The position numbers and the translations under genes were made by a program. A model generated the notes under the pieces. It did not search any database, was not told where the DNA came from, and was given only the letters and a program-made list of their open reading frames with translations. Of a stretch of 64,000 nucleotides of DNA, positions 1-12,097 are shown piece after piece (within the stretch, counting starts at the first letter, position 1; every line of letters begins with the position of its first letter). Origin of the DNA: Cystobasidiomycetes sp. EMM_F5. Its lineage: Eukaryota. The stretch is taken from contig JBPGPT010000005.1 in assembly GCA_051047955.1 (NCBI GenBank), positions 310,001-374,000 of the forward strand. The letters are read 5' to 3'.

Positions 1-633
1 CTGATCCGCGAGACAAGCAGTCAAGGCGGCAGTCAGCGACCCGCCGGGGATCCAGGCTACGGTTTCAGCTGAAAGCGGTCAGGGTCATCAAGGACGGAAG
101 ATGCGCTGTGATGGAGGGGAGGAGAAGCATCATATTCAGTACACATAGATCACGCAGCAACATAACTTCGTGCAGGGGCTGATAAGGAAGCATAAAGGGG
201 TGTAGAGGAACTGAAGGGGCCGACGATGATTTGGGCGTCAGAAGTTCTTGGAAAAGGAGTGTGACAGGTAGCAAGTCACGACAAGGGAACTTCTGCCAAT
301 TCGAAGCTGAAATTCTGATTATTGCTTTGGCATAGTTTCATGGACGCAGGGGGATGATAAGAAATTTGGGCAGAGTGCTACAATGGGGAAGCAGAGATAT
401 CGAAAGCGGTAGACAGACAACAAGGACAAACAACAGATAGCAAACAAAGACGCATATTCATGCTCGGAGGTTCATCTGGTGGAATTGGGTTTGAATGATC
501 CCCGAATTATCGTGAATGTGATAATGCGGTTGACACGTACGACCACATCGTTACATTTCGCGGATATGTATAAAGTGTCGACAGACGATGCCATCTGTCA
601 AAAGAGGGACATTATCCCCTGAGAACACCAATT

Positions 634-1573
634 TCACTGTTGTGAATTCGATGAGCCGCCGAAGACGCCCTTGAACCAAGTACCCCAGGATTCCTTCTGT
701 CCAGTCGTACTCTTTGCGGATTCGGGATTCAAGTCCCCCTCAATCTCCTTGACCAGTAGTTGGAAGGCATTCTGTACGTTGTCATTGTGCTTGGCCGAAG
801 CTTCGGTGAACGCACAGCCGAGGGACCGCGCCAACGCTTCGCCATCTTCAGTCTTCACGACTCTGCGTGCAATCAGCTAAGCCCCATGCTTGTCAAGATG
901 GGTAAGTAGTATGCGACATACCGTTGCACGTTCAAGTCGCTCTTGTTGCCAACGATACACATTGGCACCTTGTCAACACCGGAGTACGACAGGATCTTCT
1001 CGCGAATGATGGGAATCATCTCAAAGGAGGCCTTGGACGCGATGGAGTAGACGAGAATGTAGCCTGAGCGGGTGTGGTATTCAACGTCAGCCATGTCTGC
1101 CGAACCATACCATTGACGGGAGGGCGGATTGCGCTCACCATGCCATCCTACGGCATACTTTGCATTCAATAGACTAAACTCGTCGTGCCCTGCTGTATCT
1201 TGGATTTCGAGGCTGCGTGAACGCTACATGTCAGCTGATCCGATACGCGGTCACAAACAACAGTACACCGCAGGCAGCTCACACATATTGCTTGTTCTTG
1301 TAGGTAAACTCCTTTGTGAAGCTCTCCTCGATGGTAGGGTAGTAGGATTCGACAAAATGGTTATCGCAGAACTGCAGGGTGAGCGAACTCTTGCCAACGC
1401 TGCGGGAGCCGAGAATGGCAATCTTGCGCTGCCTTGGAGGAACAGGCTTGCCAGACGGTGTTGTAGAGGCAGAAGTGCTGGCTAGCGGTGCTGGCCTTGT
1501 ATTACCGGTATCCAATCGTCAGCCCCTCCAATCTTAGCCTGGACGTATCCCATTCTCACCGTTCTTTCGGCAT
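634..1573 (-). CDS. RHB1: Rheb small GTPase (Ras family), about 5 exons
   Basis: P-loop ILGSRSVGKSS with the Rheb-type Arg, effector loop FVESYYPTIE, DTAGHDEFS, GNKSDL and EASAK. Inferred first exon ATGCCGAAAGAACG (1573-1560) is followed by a GTGAG donor. Confidence 0.93.
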
Positions 1574-1974
1574 GACTGGCTATTTACCCAGCAGACGGCG
1601 ACACGTAGTCTCAGTACTTATTTGTTGTTGTGGAAACGAAACAACTGCCGTGTCTGTTAATTCCCGCAGTTTCGCCTGGACCAAACCAGGGTATGCTGCG
1701 CTTCGCACAGTATCCGAAACCTGCACCAAAACCGATTCCCTTTGTCCCAATGACAGACTGACGCTCAACCACGCATACAACCCACCAAAGTGACTGAGAT
1801 TGGTGTAAAAGCAGCCTGGATTACTTGGACAACAGCTTTGAAGTATCGCTTCTTCCGCCACTGCTGGGAGAATTGCCGGCAACTAATTCGAAGCCGGGTC
1901 ATTTTGGCTTGGACTGACCCAGCTTATGCAAGAAACGTAGCCTCTGCGGAGAGCTGGATACTGCACGCGCTACA

Positions 1975-3445
1975 ATGTCCTTCAGAAGAGTCCCTGGAGC
2001 TGCAACCTCTATGGGCAATGTCCGGTTAGTCCGGCTAAGTTAATCAAGGTCCTTGAAAGCAGTCTGACCAGACAGCATGCGACAGGCATGGAATTGACAT
2101 TGACCTTCTCGTGAGGTAGCCGCTTCCTACTCGAAGGGTCATACTTCTAACCTGTTGCTGCAGAGCAAATACCTTGCTAGCCAGATTCCGCACCTAAAAC
2201 TCCCCCTAGACGTCAAGCAATTTAAATTTGGACAGTCGTGGGTCTTCATGGTTATTGTTGCATAATCATTCTTTTGACATACAACTCCGCGCCGTGTTAA
2301 GCAATCCCACATACTTTATCACGGACGCTTCCGGCAAGAAATATGTTATGAGAAAGAAACCGCCGGGAACATTGCTATCAAAGACAGCACATGCCGTTGA
2401 GAGGGAGTACAGGATCATCAAGACGCTTGGGGAGAAGACTGATGTACCAGTACCGAAAGTGTATTGCTTGTAAGTCGACGACAAACAACAGCTATACCTC
2501 ACGAGGCAGGTTCAATGTATCTCTTAGATGCGAAGACACGTCAGTAGTGGGTACCCCATTCTATGTCATGGACTTCGTGCAAGGCAGGATATTCGCCGAC
2601 ACGAGGCTAGCGGAGATCAAGTCAAATCAGGAAAAGCGAGCGATGTGAGTGGAGACGATTGAGTCAGCACAAAAATGCAATTACCGTTGTCCTGATAAGC
2701 GTGTTGCAGATGGGAAGCCACCGTCACTACTCTCGCTAAACTACACAGGGTGGATCCAGTCAAGATTGGCTTGAGCGATTACGGGTCGCATTCCGACTTC
2801 TACCCCCGACAGCTGAAATCACTAGGCAGAGTGTCTTCTATACAAGCTGCTGTCAAAGACTCTTCGGGTGACAGCGTTGGTCCAATACCTGGCATCGACT
2901 GGCTCACAAAGTGGTACACAACAAGGTGCCCTGTCGGGGAGATGACAATCATGCATGGAGATTACAAGCTTGATAATCTCATCTTCCACCCGACGGAAGC
3001 GCGGGTCGTCGCTATTCTAGACTGGGAGCTGTCGACACTGGGCCATCCACTTGCAGATCTGGCGAACTTGCTGCAGCCATGGGATATACCGTCTGACGGA
3101 TTGGAGGGAACAATTCTCGTTGGCTTGCAAGATCAGCCAGAATCTGCTGGCGTACCGCCCATTGATGAGATGATGAAGCTCTACTGTAGAGAAGCTAGTC
3201 GTCCATATCCCATACTACCCTGGCGGGCAGTCGTTTCCTTCTCGATGTTTCGGTTGGCCGTCATTCTCCAAGGGATAGCGGCACGCGTAGCTGCAGGCAA
3301 CGCAAGCTCCGAAGAAGCACAAAGCGTCGCCAAAGGCTTCAAGCCTCTCGGTCGCCACGCTGAAAAAATTGCACGCGACTTTGACAACGTCGCCGACGGA
3401 GAAGCCCAAATTGCCGAGACGGGAGACCCAAAAGCCAAATTGTAG
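1975..3445 (+). CDS. Aminoglycoside-phosphotransferase-like kinase (ACAD10/ACAD11 N-terminal domain family) with PTS1
   Basis: [33 protein letters not shown] and [15 protein letters not shown] motifs across spliced exons; C-terminus ends AKL. Confidence 0.88.
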
Positions 3446-3876
3446 CGAACGGTACGCGTTCTGAGCGCATATGTGATAGGCATTCTCTCGTAGGTAGTGT
3501 ATATCAGGAACGGCACACTAACGATATTTTGGCGTGATATTATCTGAGGAAGCAGAACTTTGAATTCTTCTCAGCTGCTCCCTTATTTTAACTGTCTAAC
3601 CCATGTGACTGACTTCGCACAGGCCTGATTCACCGCACAGCTGCGTTTCACGAGACATTTGGCTGCTCTACTATTATCACAAGATTCGGCTTTGGCCGAA
3701 CGGATACATACATGTGCTCGCGGAACACAAACCCAAATTCACGCTATTCTACTCAACGCTGGCAGTTCCCGTCCTTCTTCCTTTCCTTCTTCGCTCACTT
3801 CCATCCCAGATTCTGATTACGCTGAGACAACAACACAGTCCTATCTCATAACACACGCCCCAGACGATCTATCAAC

Positions 3877-5302
3877 ATGTCCGATGCTCAGCCTGCAGAA
3901 TGTGTATTTGCCTCCTCCAGACAGAAATTGTCCCTAACTGAATTTGCCAATTTTCCAGGCCCACTAAATGAGGATGTCGGTTCCATCAATTCTTGCGATG
4001 GGAGGGGCGAAGTAAGATATGCCTATTACGACTACAACCCGCGTCTATGGGCTTGTGCCCTTCTGGTGACGCTGTTCACGCTCTTAACCGTCGCACACTT
4101 TGCCCAAGCTGTCATTCGGAAGCGCTGGTATCTGCTCGGCACAGTAGGGCTCTGCGGAGTAGGAGAGGTCCTAGGCGTGAGCAGATGTCATTCCCGCCTA
4201 CTTCTACATTATGACTGAACATGCTTCGCGTAGTGGGCCGGGCGTACGTGGTCAAGCAGAAGCGTACAATGGGTCACGAACAACGGCGGATACTGGTTCT
4301 CAAACCGTACTGCATTCATGTTAGTCAAAACTTTGCAAGCTACATTTGTTCGAAGCTGAATTGAGTCTGTTGCCGTATTCTCAGGATCCAAATTGTAAGG
4401 CCTCGTATCTAGCACTATCGTCACGCGTCAATATGCTGAGGTAGTTATGGTACAGGCAACTCGATTATTTCACCAGCCTTCCTCGCCGCTTGCTGGTACA
4501 TTACCCTCGGTAAACTTATGGCTGTTCTTGGGTGCGTGTCTCATCACTAAGACTGTTGGTGCAGCGCTGAACCGCTTCATGCCATTTCAGCCCCCAGTAC
4601 TCACGCTTCTACCCTCGTACCTACGGGATTATCTTTGTTTGCGGCGACTTGCTGTCCCTCATCGTGCAGGCCTTTGGCGGTGCCACGGCTGCCGGCGCTG
4701 CGACTCTAGAGGATGCGAATAAGGGCAGCAACATCATGGTGGGCATATTGAAAGCACTTGACTGTCGTCATTATGGCTAAGTCTGCACGATTTTTCTAGG
4801 TCATCGGTGTAGGTCTGCTACTGCCATTTTTGATGTTTCATGACTCACATGTTCTACGATGATTCTCAGGTAATCATCCAGATGATAGTGATGGTTTTTT
4901 GACACAATTCTCCTCGCCGACTTTGTCATTGCATACCTCCGACGAACGCCCGTTAAACAGGTGCGCTTCCGCAAGACCAGGGCCACAGCCGCAGTACCTG
5001 CAGGAAGTCTTCCCTACGATGTCGAAAGGAAAGCCCGGCTCATGATTATGGCCATGGCGATCAGCACCTTCTTCGTTTTCATCCGTTCCATCTACCGTAC
5101 CATTGAACTGCTCAACGGCTGGCACGGCTCCATCATACGCAATGAGACTCTGTTCTGCATCCTGGATGCTGTATGTGTTCTTCTGGCGATGGTCATCCTG
5201 AATGTCCTCAATCCTGGGTGGTTGGTGCCGGCACATTCTATGACGTCGGACTCCAAGGTGGAGATGGAGAACTTCACCGAGGAATCTCTGCACAAGTCAT
5301 AG
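3877..5302 (+). CDS. RTA1/Rsb1-family 7-TM protein, copy 1 (apparent 1-nt frameshift near 4462)
   Basis: YDYNP, IFVCGDLLSLIVQAFGG and IRSIYRTIEL..GW motifs; 7 introns; collinear with copies 2 and 3. Confidence 0.85.
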
Positions 5303-5667
5303 ATGAAGCGGAGATTCGTTTGCAAGTCTGAGTCGCGATCTTTATTTCAGTCGTTGCTGTCTACTTTCTAGCTTTGCCACACAACCTTTGTTTGGTCAAC
5401 TACGTTTGGCCCGCTCTATCCCCGAGTCTGACAGCTGATCGTGTTGCGCATGTTCTGACGGAACTCTCTAACTTAGACTGGGTGCCTTGGCGACGGAAAA
5501 AATTTTCAACTCACGTTCAATCTGTGTCTCCGCTGAGCAGCACCCATCTTTACTTGGCCTATACGGCAGTCACCAACCAAGCAGTCTGTCTGACTCACGA
5601 CTGAGCTGTTACCATCCACCCTCTTCGCACTCGATGTACCGCCATCAGCAAGTGGCATTACTGAAAC

Positions 5668-7082
5668 ATGTCAGGCCTGAAGTCAGACGACTGTGAGTCT
5701 GGCCGGCTCATTCGACTCATTGAGATGGCTGACTGAAGCTCGGACCGTGTCATGACAGGCCCTGAGAATCCTGTCGTGGGCTCGGTCAACCTCTGCGACG
5801 GTACGGGCGAGGTAAACTTCGCGTATTACGACTACAACCCCCATTTATGGGTATGCGGCCTCTTCGTCGCTTTGTTCGCCATCACTACTCTCGTACACTT
5901 CGCTCAAGCTATTATCCGCAAACGCTGGTATCTGCTCGCAACGGTCTTCCTATGCGGTGTCGGGGAAACTCTAGGAGCGAGTTATTTCGTCGTTAGAGGT
6001 ACACAGCGCTTTCACTGACCATGACCGCTACAGTGGGCAGGCAGGACGTGGTCTAGTCGATCCGTAGAATGGCTGCCATCGTTCGGCGGATACTGGTACT
6101 CAAGTCGCACCGCCTTCATGTAAGTCATGATTTCGACCCAGGAAACCCAAACTCATAGGAACGTGCCTCATAGGTTACAGATTGTCAGTTCTCAGACTCA
6201 TCACGCTCGTCTCTCATAAGACTGATGGGCAACTCCACAGGCAACACTCATCATTTCACCAGCCTTTCTCGCGGCCTGCTGGTATATTACTCTTGGAAAG
6301 CTGATGGCTGTCCTTGGGTATCTAGAAACATAACAAAGGACAATGCACGCATATCTGATGACGGATCTCGTTGCAGACCGCAGTACTCTCGCTTCAACAC
6401 GCGCACGTATGCGGTCATTTTCGTCTGCGGCGATGTTCTATCCCTCGTCGTGCAAGCCTTAGGTGGCGCTATTGCAGCAGGAGCAGATACTCTGGAAGCT
6501 GCAAATCACGGCAGTGATGTCATGGTGAGCTTCGTATGTCTGCCAGCCGATGCGCGTTAGACTGACGAAAGTTGATCCGCAGGTGATTGGAGTGAGTTCG
6601 TAATAAGCGCTGTACTGACGGCCGCTGAAGTATGCCACTTTCAGGTCATAATTCAGGTTGTTATTATGGTTGTCTACACACTGCTGCTCTTCGACTTCGT
6701 CGTAGCATACTTGCGAAAGTCTCCAGTAAAACAGCTTCGATTACGCAAGACTCAAGCCATCGCCTCAATTCCAGCGGGTAGCCTAGACTATCACGTCGAA
6801 CACAAGGCTCGTCTTCTGATCCTGGCGTTAGGAATGTCTACTCTTCTCGTCTTCATCCGCTCAATCTATCGTACAATCGAGCTGCTTGACGGATGGCATG
6901 GAAAAATCATTCGGAACGAGACCTTATTCTGCGTGCTGGACGCTCTTTGTGTTTTCCTGGCAATGGCGGTACTGAATCTGGTCAACCCCGGCTGGTTCTT
7001 GCCTGCCAGTAATCTGCAGTCTCAGGCTTCATCGGATCACGAACTGGACAAGCTGGCCGAGAATCCAACTCGCAAATCCTAA
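5668..7082 (+). CDS. RTA1/Rsb1-family 7-TM protein, copy 2
   Basis: Same motifs (IFVCGDVLSLVVQALGG, IRSIYRTIELLDGW); intact spliced frame with 7 introns, including GC-AG intron 5977-6033. Confidence 0.9.
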
Positions 7083-7428
7083 CTGCTCCTCTCGCTCATA
7101 GGAGGGATTGTCTGCGCGTTTGAATACGATAGTTACTTGGAAAGGATAGAGGCTGTAGGATTAGGCTTCCTGCCGGATCACGGGAATTCTAGTAATCTTA
7201 TACTGCAATGAAGCCAACTGGTGCCCGGACGAGCATACTTACCTTCTCGTCTCACTTTGCCATGTATACGCGTAAACGTCCGGTCACGTTTTCTCGTCGC
7301 TCGGTGCGAGACTCGGTCCGGAGCGGGCGAGTCGGTACCTGATGGCGAAGATGCCCATCACAGCAGGAAAGGGAAGACCAGCTCGACTCTGACTGACTCA
7401 AACATATCAGTTCTATTCAACTTGCACT

Positions 7429-8697
7429 ATGTCGACCTCACGAGGCGGATGTATGCTTGAATATCGACTATCGACCTCGTAGCTTCCACTGACCATGTTA
7501 TAATGCGCAGGTCCTTTCACTAATGATATTATAGGGAGCCCGAATCGCTGCGTTGGGACCGTACAATACCAATTCTTCGATTACAACGTCCATCTATGGA
7601 ATGCCGCGTTATTTGTCGCGCTGTTTGGCCTCACTTCCCTCCTCCACCTCTGGCAGGCTATAAGAGGCAGGCGATGGTACATGCTCTGCACTATCTTCAT
7701 CTGCGGGATATGCGAGACATTAGGCGTGCGTGTTTTCCGCGTGCTGATGTGTGTAATGACATCAGGCTGATACTGATTCGCAGTGGGCGGGCAGATTATG
7801 GGCAAACCGCAGCGTGGTTTGGGTTGCTTCAAATGGAGGCTATTGGGCCAGCAATAGGACTGCGTTCCGTAAGCTTCGAATGAACAATAATCAATCTGCG
7901 CTGACTTTGTTCTCTGCTTTTCTGAAATGTCTCCAGTCATGCAGATCAGTACGCTTATCTTTGCACCTGCCTTCCTGGCTGCCTTCTGGTATATCCTGCT
8001 TGGCAAGCTGATACGAAGGCTTGGGTGAGGATTCTCTGCCATGTGGCTGGTCTGCTCAGCTAATCACTTTGCTTGCACCAGTCCGCAATATTCATCCATT
8101 AAGCCGCTAACGTATACAATTTTCTTCATCATTGGCGATCTTGTGTCATTGACGATACAAGCCGTCGGTGGTGGCCTCGCTTCTGCCGCAAACACGCTCA
8201 ATGGAGCAAACAACGGCGCCAAGATCATGGTTGCGGGCGTTATAATACAGATGTTCGTGATGATTCTATACACTCTGCTTCTCTTCAGCTTTGTCTATCG
8301 GTATTTCCACCGCAAGCCCGCCAAGCAGTTTCGTCTGCGCAGAACACAGCCATTCATGGAAGTTCCTGCTGGTAGCGTGGCTCCGGAAGTCGAGCGAAAG
8401 GCCAAAATTTTACTTGCCGCCATGCTTTTTTCTACACTCCTGATCTTCATTCGGTCTATTTATCGGACGGTCGAGCTTCTCAATGGCTGGCATGGGCCAA
8501 TCATAGGTAACGAGACTCTTTTTTGGGTACTGGATGCGTTCATGGTCTTCTTCGCAATGGCTATCTTCAACGTGATACACCCGAACAAATTCCTCGTCAA
8601 GGATGATAATCATACCGCACGAAGCATGGATGAAAAACATCATTTGACACAGGAGAAGAACACTCCGTCCGAGGCGGAAACTCCACCTATCGTGTAG
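7429..8697 (+). CDS. RTA1/Rsb1-family 7-TM protein, copy 3
   Basis: FIIGDLVSLTIQAVGGG and IRSIYRTVELLNGW motifs; 4 introns. Confidence 0.9.
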
Positions 8698-8947
8698 CCC
8701 TTTTCGGCAGACTGTAGACTTGGCTTGAGGCTTGAGAAGGTATATGCAGGCAAGACATAGGGAGAAGGATCTCTGATAAGAACAATGCCGTACAATTTAT
8801 TGCAATAATATCATAGCAGTGTTGCACATAGAGACATGACTGATGTCCATTCAATTTCTGCTTCAATTTATGACTTTATTTTAGCGCATTGCGCTCGCAT
8901 CGGCTATATACATTGTACGACACGTCAATACATCCCCAAGAATAACT

Positions 8948-10899
8948 CTAGTATGTATAGCGGAAGAACGGGTTCTTCATATCCGTCTCATCCGCGAAAG
9001 CCATCTCCTCCCGCTTCTGTTCTCGTCTGGCTGGGTCCATGGCTGCTTCAATCTTTGCGTTTCGCTTATTGTAGCCCCAGTTGAGGAAACGCAATATGAT
9101 TGCACCGACTATGGAGATGGCCAGACATGACATGATGGTGATTTTGCCAGAATGATAGGTGGGCGACTCTTGAGCCGGGAAGGTGTACGACCCGGCAATG
9201 TTGCCGATACTGAAAGCGACCATTGTGATAGCATTGCTCCATAATTTCTTTGTGCTTCCTGCAATGTTTGAGGCGTTCCAAGCGAGTTGTACCGAGAAAG
9301 CTGGACCAAACGTAGCTGTAAAACAAAAGGATAGATGAGTTGAGGTCGATAAAATCAATTGCTGAACATACCGGTTAGGTAGTATGCGGTGAGCAGCAGG
9401 CCCTTGGGACCAGTCGCAGCAACCAAAATAGCTCCTCCGACAACCGGAAGTACGCAGCATGCTGCTACCATCAAGCTTCGCTCGTGCGTGATATCTCCGA
9501 GTGCGCCTACTATGAGTGTTGTGCCCATTGCGATGACACCATGCGGCATCTGCAGGAGTAGAGACTGTCGGCTCGTATAGCCAAAGCCTCTGATCAAAAG
9601 AGACGTGAAATTTGCGATACCTGAAAGTTGATGAATCAGATACGGTGTACCCCACTTAAGACCGCCACTTCTCACCGCCGTTTGGAATCGATGTGAGCAG
9701 GACGAGTAGAATGTTGAGGAGTACTTTCGGGTCTCTAAAGATCTCCAAGACTTGGTAGCCCTTCCACTTTGTGTTTTGCGTGCCGGACTGATTCTTTCGG
9801 GTACGCAAGAGGACAGCAACCTTCTGCTCCTGAGTGAAGAATTTGGCTTGTACTGGCGAGTTTGGCAGGAAGAGAACGCATAGAACACCATGGATGACGG
9901 TCAGGGCACCAAAGAGGACATAGAGGATTCTCCAGTTGGCGAATTTGAGAGTGACACCGGACAGACCATACGCAATGGCACTTCCGAAGATTTCGGTGAA
10001 GCCATTCATGCAGTAAAAGACCATCTGCATAGGGAATGAAGCGAATGAGTATGTGTCGATGATGCGGTAAACAACATGCATATTGACTTACCACACGTCT
10101 GCCTTGACTGTACTTGGGGTACCTGATAAGGGAAACGAGTGTATTAGCTTTAGCAATAGCAAAACAGGGGCTGATGCTTGTACACACCACATAGCAATGA
10201 TCAAGATCAGGATTGGCGCAACACAAGACTCGAACATGCCCAGCAGGAATCGGACCGCGAACAGCGTTCCGAAGGAACTGCAAGCCGCTGTGGATGCCAG
10301 GAAGATTCCCCACACACTGCGTTTAAACTGTTCAGTAAAAGTCCTCTTCCCAAGGTTTGCCAGTGCTCACATCAGATTGCCGCCGAGATATGTACCCACT
10401 CTACCACTCTTCTGCGCCAGCCATACTGTCGGGAACTCCCACAGAAGGAAACCGTAGTAGAAGGAAGCAGCAATGTTGCTGTACTGGGTCCCCTTCAAAT
10501 TGGCATCTTCTTGCAAGCCCATGACGGAAGCATAGTTGAGTAGACTGTCAAAATGATGGTTCAGCGAGCGCTACTATGTGACTTCATTAACCAGACTCCT
10601 TACTTCTTGTCCAGAAACTGGAGCAGATAAGTCATTGCCAGGAGAGGAAGAATGATGAGATCAATCTTGCGCGTCAACTTCTTGTAATAGGCATCCGTGA
10701 ACTTGGCTTCCAATTCGTGAAAGTTGGCTGTCGTATAGCCCAGCTCGTTGATGAGCTTGAGTGCTTCGTCTCCATCTTTGATGGCATGAGCAGAGATGGC
10801 AGAAGCTGAAGTCTTGACTCGCGCAAGACCGTCTCCTGATTCGTAGTCGTCGCCCTTCTTCTCGGCGCCTGGTAATGACAGGTTTGCAGAGTATGACAT
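8948..10899 (-). CDS. MFS transporter, anion:cation symporter / allantoate permease (Dal5-like) family
   Basis: KLTRKIDLIILPLL..YLLQFLDK, RFLLGMFES, WRILY, NIAGSTKK and a C-terminal AFADETDMKNPFFRYTY. Confidence 0.9.
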
Positions 10900-11158
10900 C
10901 TTGGGACGGAAGGGAGGAATGGGAGGAAAGAGCAAGGGAGGGTGCAGAAGACAGAAGGGAAAGGCTAGCGTGTCGTAGAGCAACCTCTCTTTCTCGGAAG
11001 CAGCAGAAGCTTTCCATGATTGTAGCGATAATGATTGACAATATGCCGGTAGTGGCGGAACCGACGCGCGAACATATGATGGTAATCACTATCGGTTTGA
11101 ACGGAGCATTCACAATGCGGTCATTGGGCAGAAAAGACAGCGATACGGATGCCGATAC

Positions 11159-11168
11159 TTATATATAG
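11159..11168 (-). promoter_or_regulatory. Candidate TATA box of the MFS permease
   Basis: CTATATATAA on the minus strand, about 260 nt upstream of the ATG at 10899. Confidence 0.4.
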
Positions 11169-12036
11169 CATGCAAAGAGACCGATAGTGGCAGCATGCAG
11201 TCTTTTCGGATACAGTTCCGAAGGATCTTCGGATCCGAGTGGCAGAGTTGCGCGAGTTGACAAATCGCTATCAACCTGTTTGCGGAGATGCGTATCAGCT
11301 TGCCAGCTATCAGTATGTAAGCATGCGTTGCGATTAGCAAGGAGGTCAGCTTATAGTCCGCTGGAGGGTCAAAGATCTTCCTGAAGTTTGGCGGACGGGG
11401 CGACCAGGTTGATGAAGGAATGGAAATGAAACCAGATTGTGGAGGATACAGGCTATGTAAGCTGTAGTACACTACCATTGCAGAGCGCGCGTCGTAGCAT
11501 GTCTACATGGTAATATGGAAAGAAGACAACCTTCGCGATCAAACAAGCTTAGACCAGACCAGCATTTGACCAGACATCATTTCTGCACCTGTCCGACAAT
11601 AATGCCTCCAGTGCGCAAATACACGCATGCATGCACTAGATGCCTGGCGAAGAAGCCGGGGGCACAACTCATCACCATTGTCCATGATCAATTGAAGCCT
11701 TCAAGTTGGTGTCAAGTTGAACGGTCAATCTGGCTCATAAACCGCGATCTGTCTTGGGGGGACAGCCTTGCACTCAAGCAAGACATTCGTCATTGTTTGC
11801 GCACGGGAGAGGAGCGTGGATTGGAGGCGGAATCAGCAGCCCAGTCCCAGCTGTCATACCTCCTGTCGCTGCCGTGCAGCAAGAATCAACGGAGGAACTG
11901 TGTGCAAAAACGAGGAAGACGTTGACTGATCTAGCGTAGCGTCAGAAGGTATCGTGAAGTGGTTATGCTGCTCAGATCATGAAGCCTCACAGCGGCTGCC
12001 TTGTTGTATCGAGTTTCTCGATCGCTGACTCACTTT

Positions 12037-12042
12037 ACGCGT
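12037..12042. promoter_or_regulatory. Candidate MCB (MluI cell-cycle box) upstream of MCM4
   Basis: ACGCGT 55 nt upstream of the MCM4 ATG. MCB elements are known at fungal G1/S replication genes, but a single 6-mer is weak evidence. Confidence 0.35.
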
Positions 12043-12097
12043 CGTGTAATCTGTAATCTGCCCTGCTGCTGACCACCAATACAAACACACTGCAACC

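Noticed and set aside
1..72. Possible 3' end of a + strand gene (LIRETSSQ...GYGFS-stop)
   Set aside because: Too short, with no recognisable motif.
7235..7244. ATACTTACCT, identical to the U1 snRNA 5' end
   Set aside because: No recognisable U1 stem-loops or Sm site follow; likely chance, or a minus-strand donor-like sequence.
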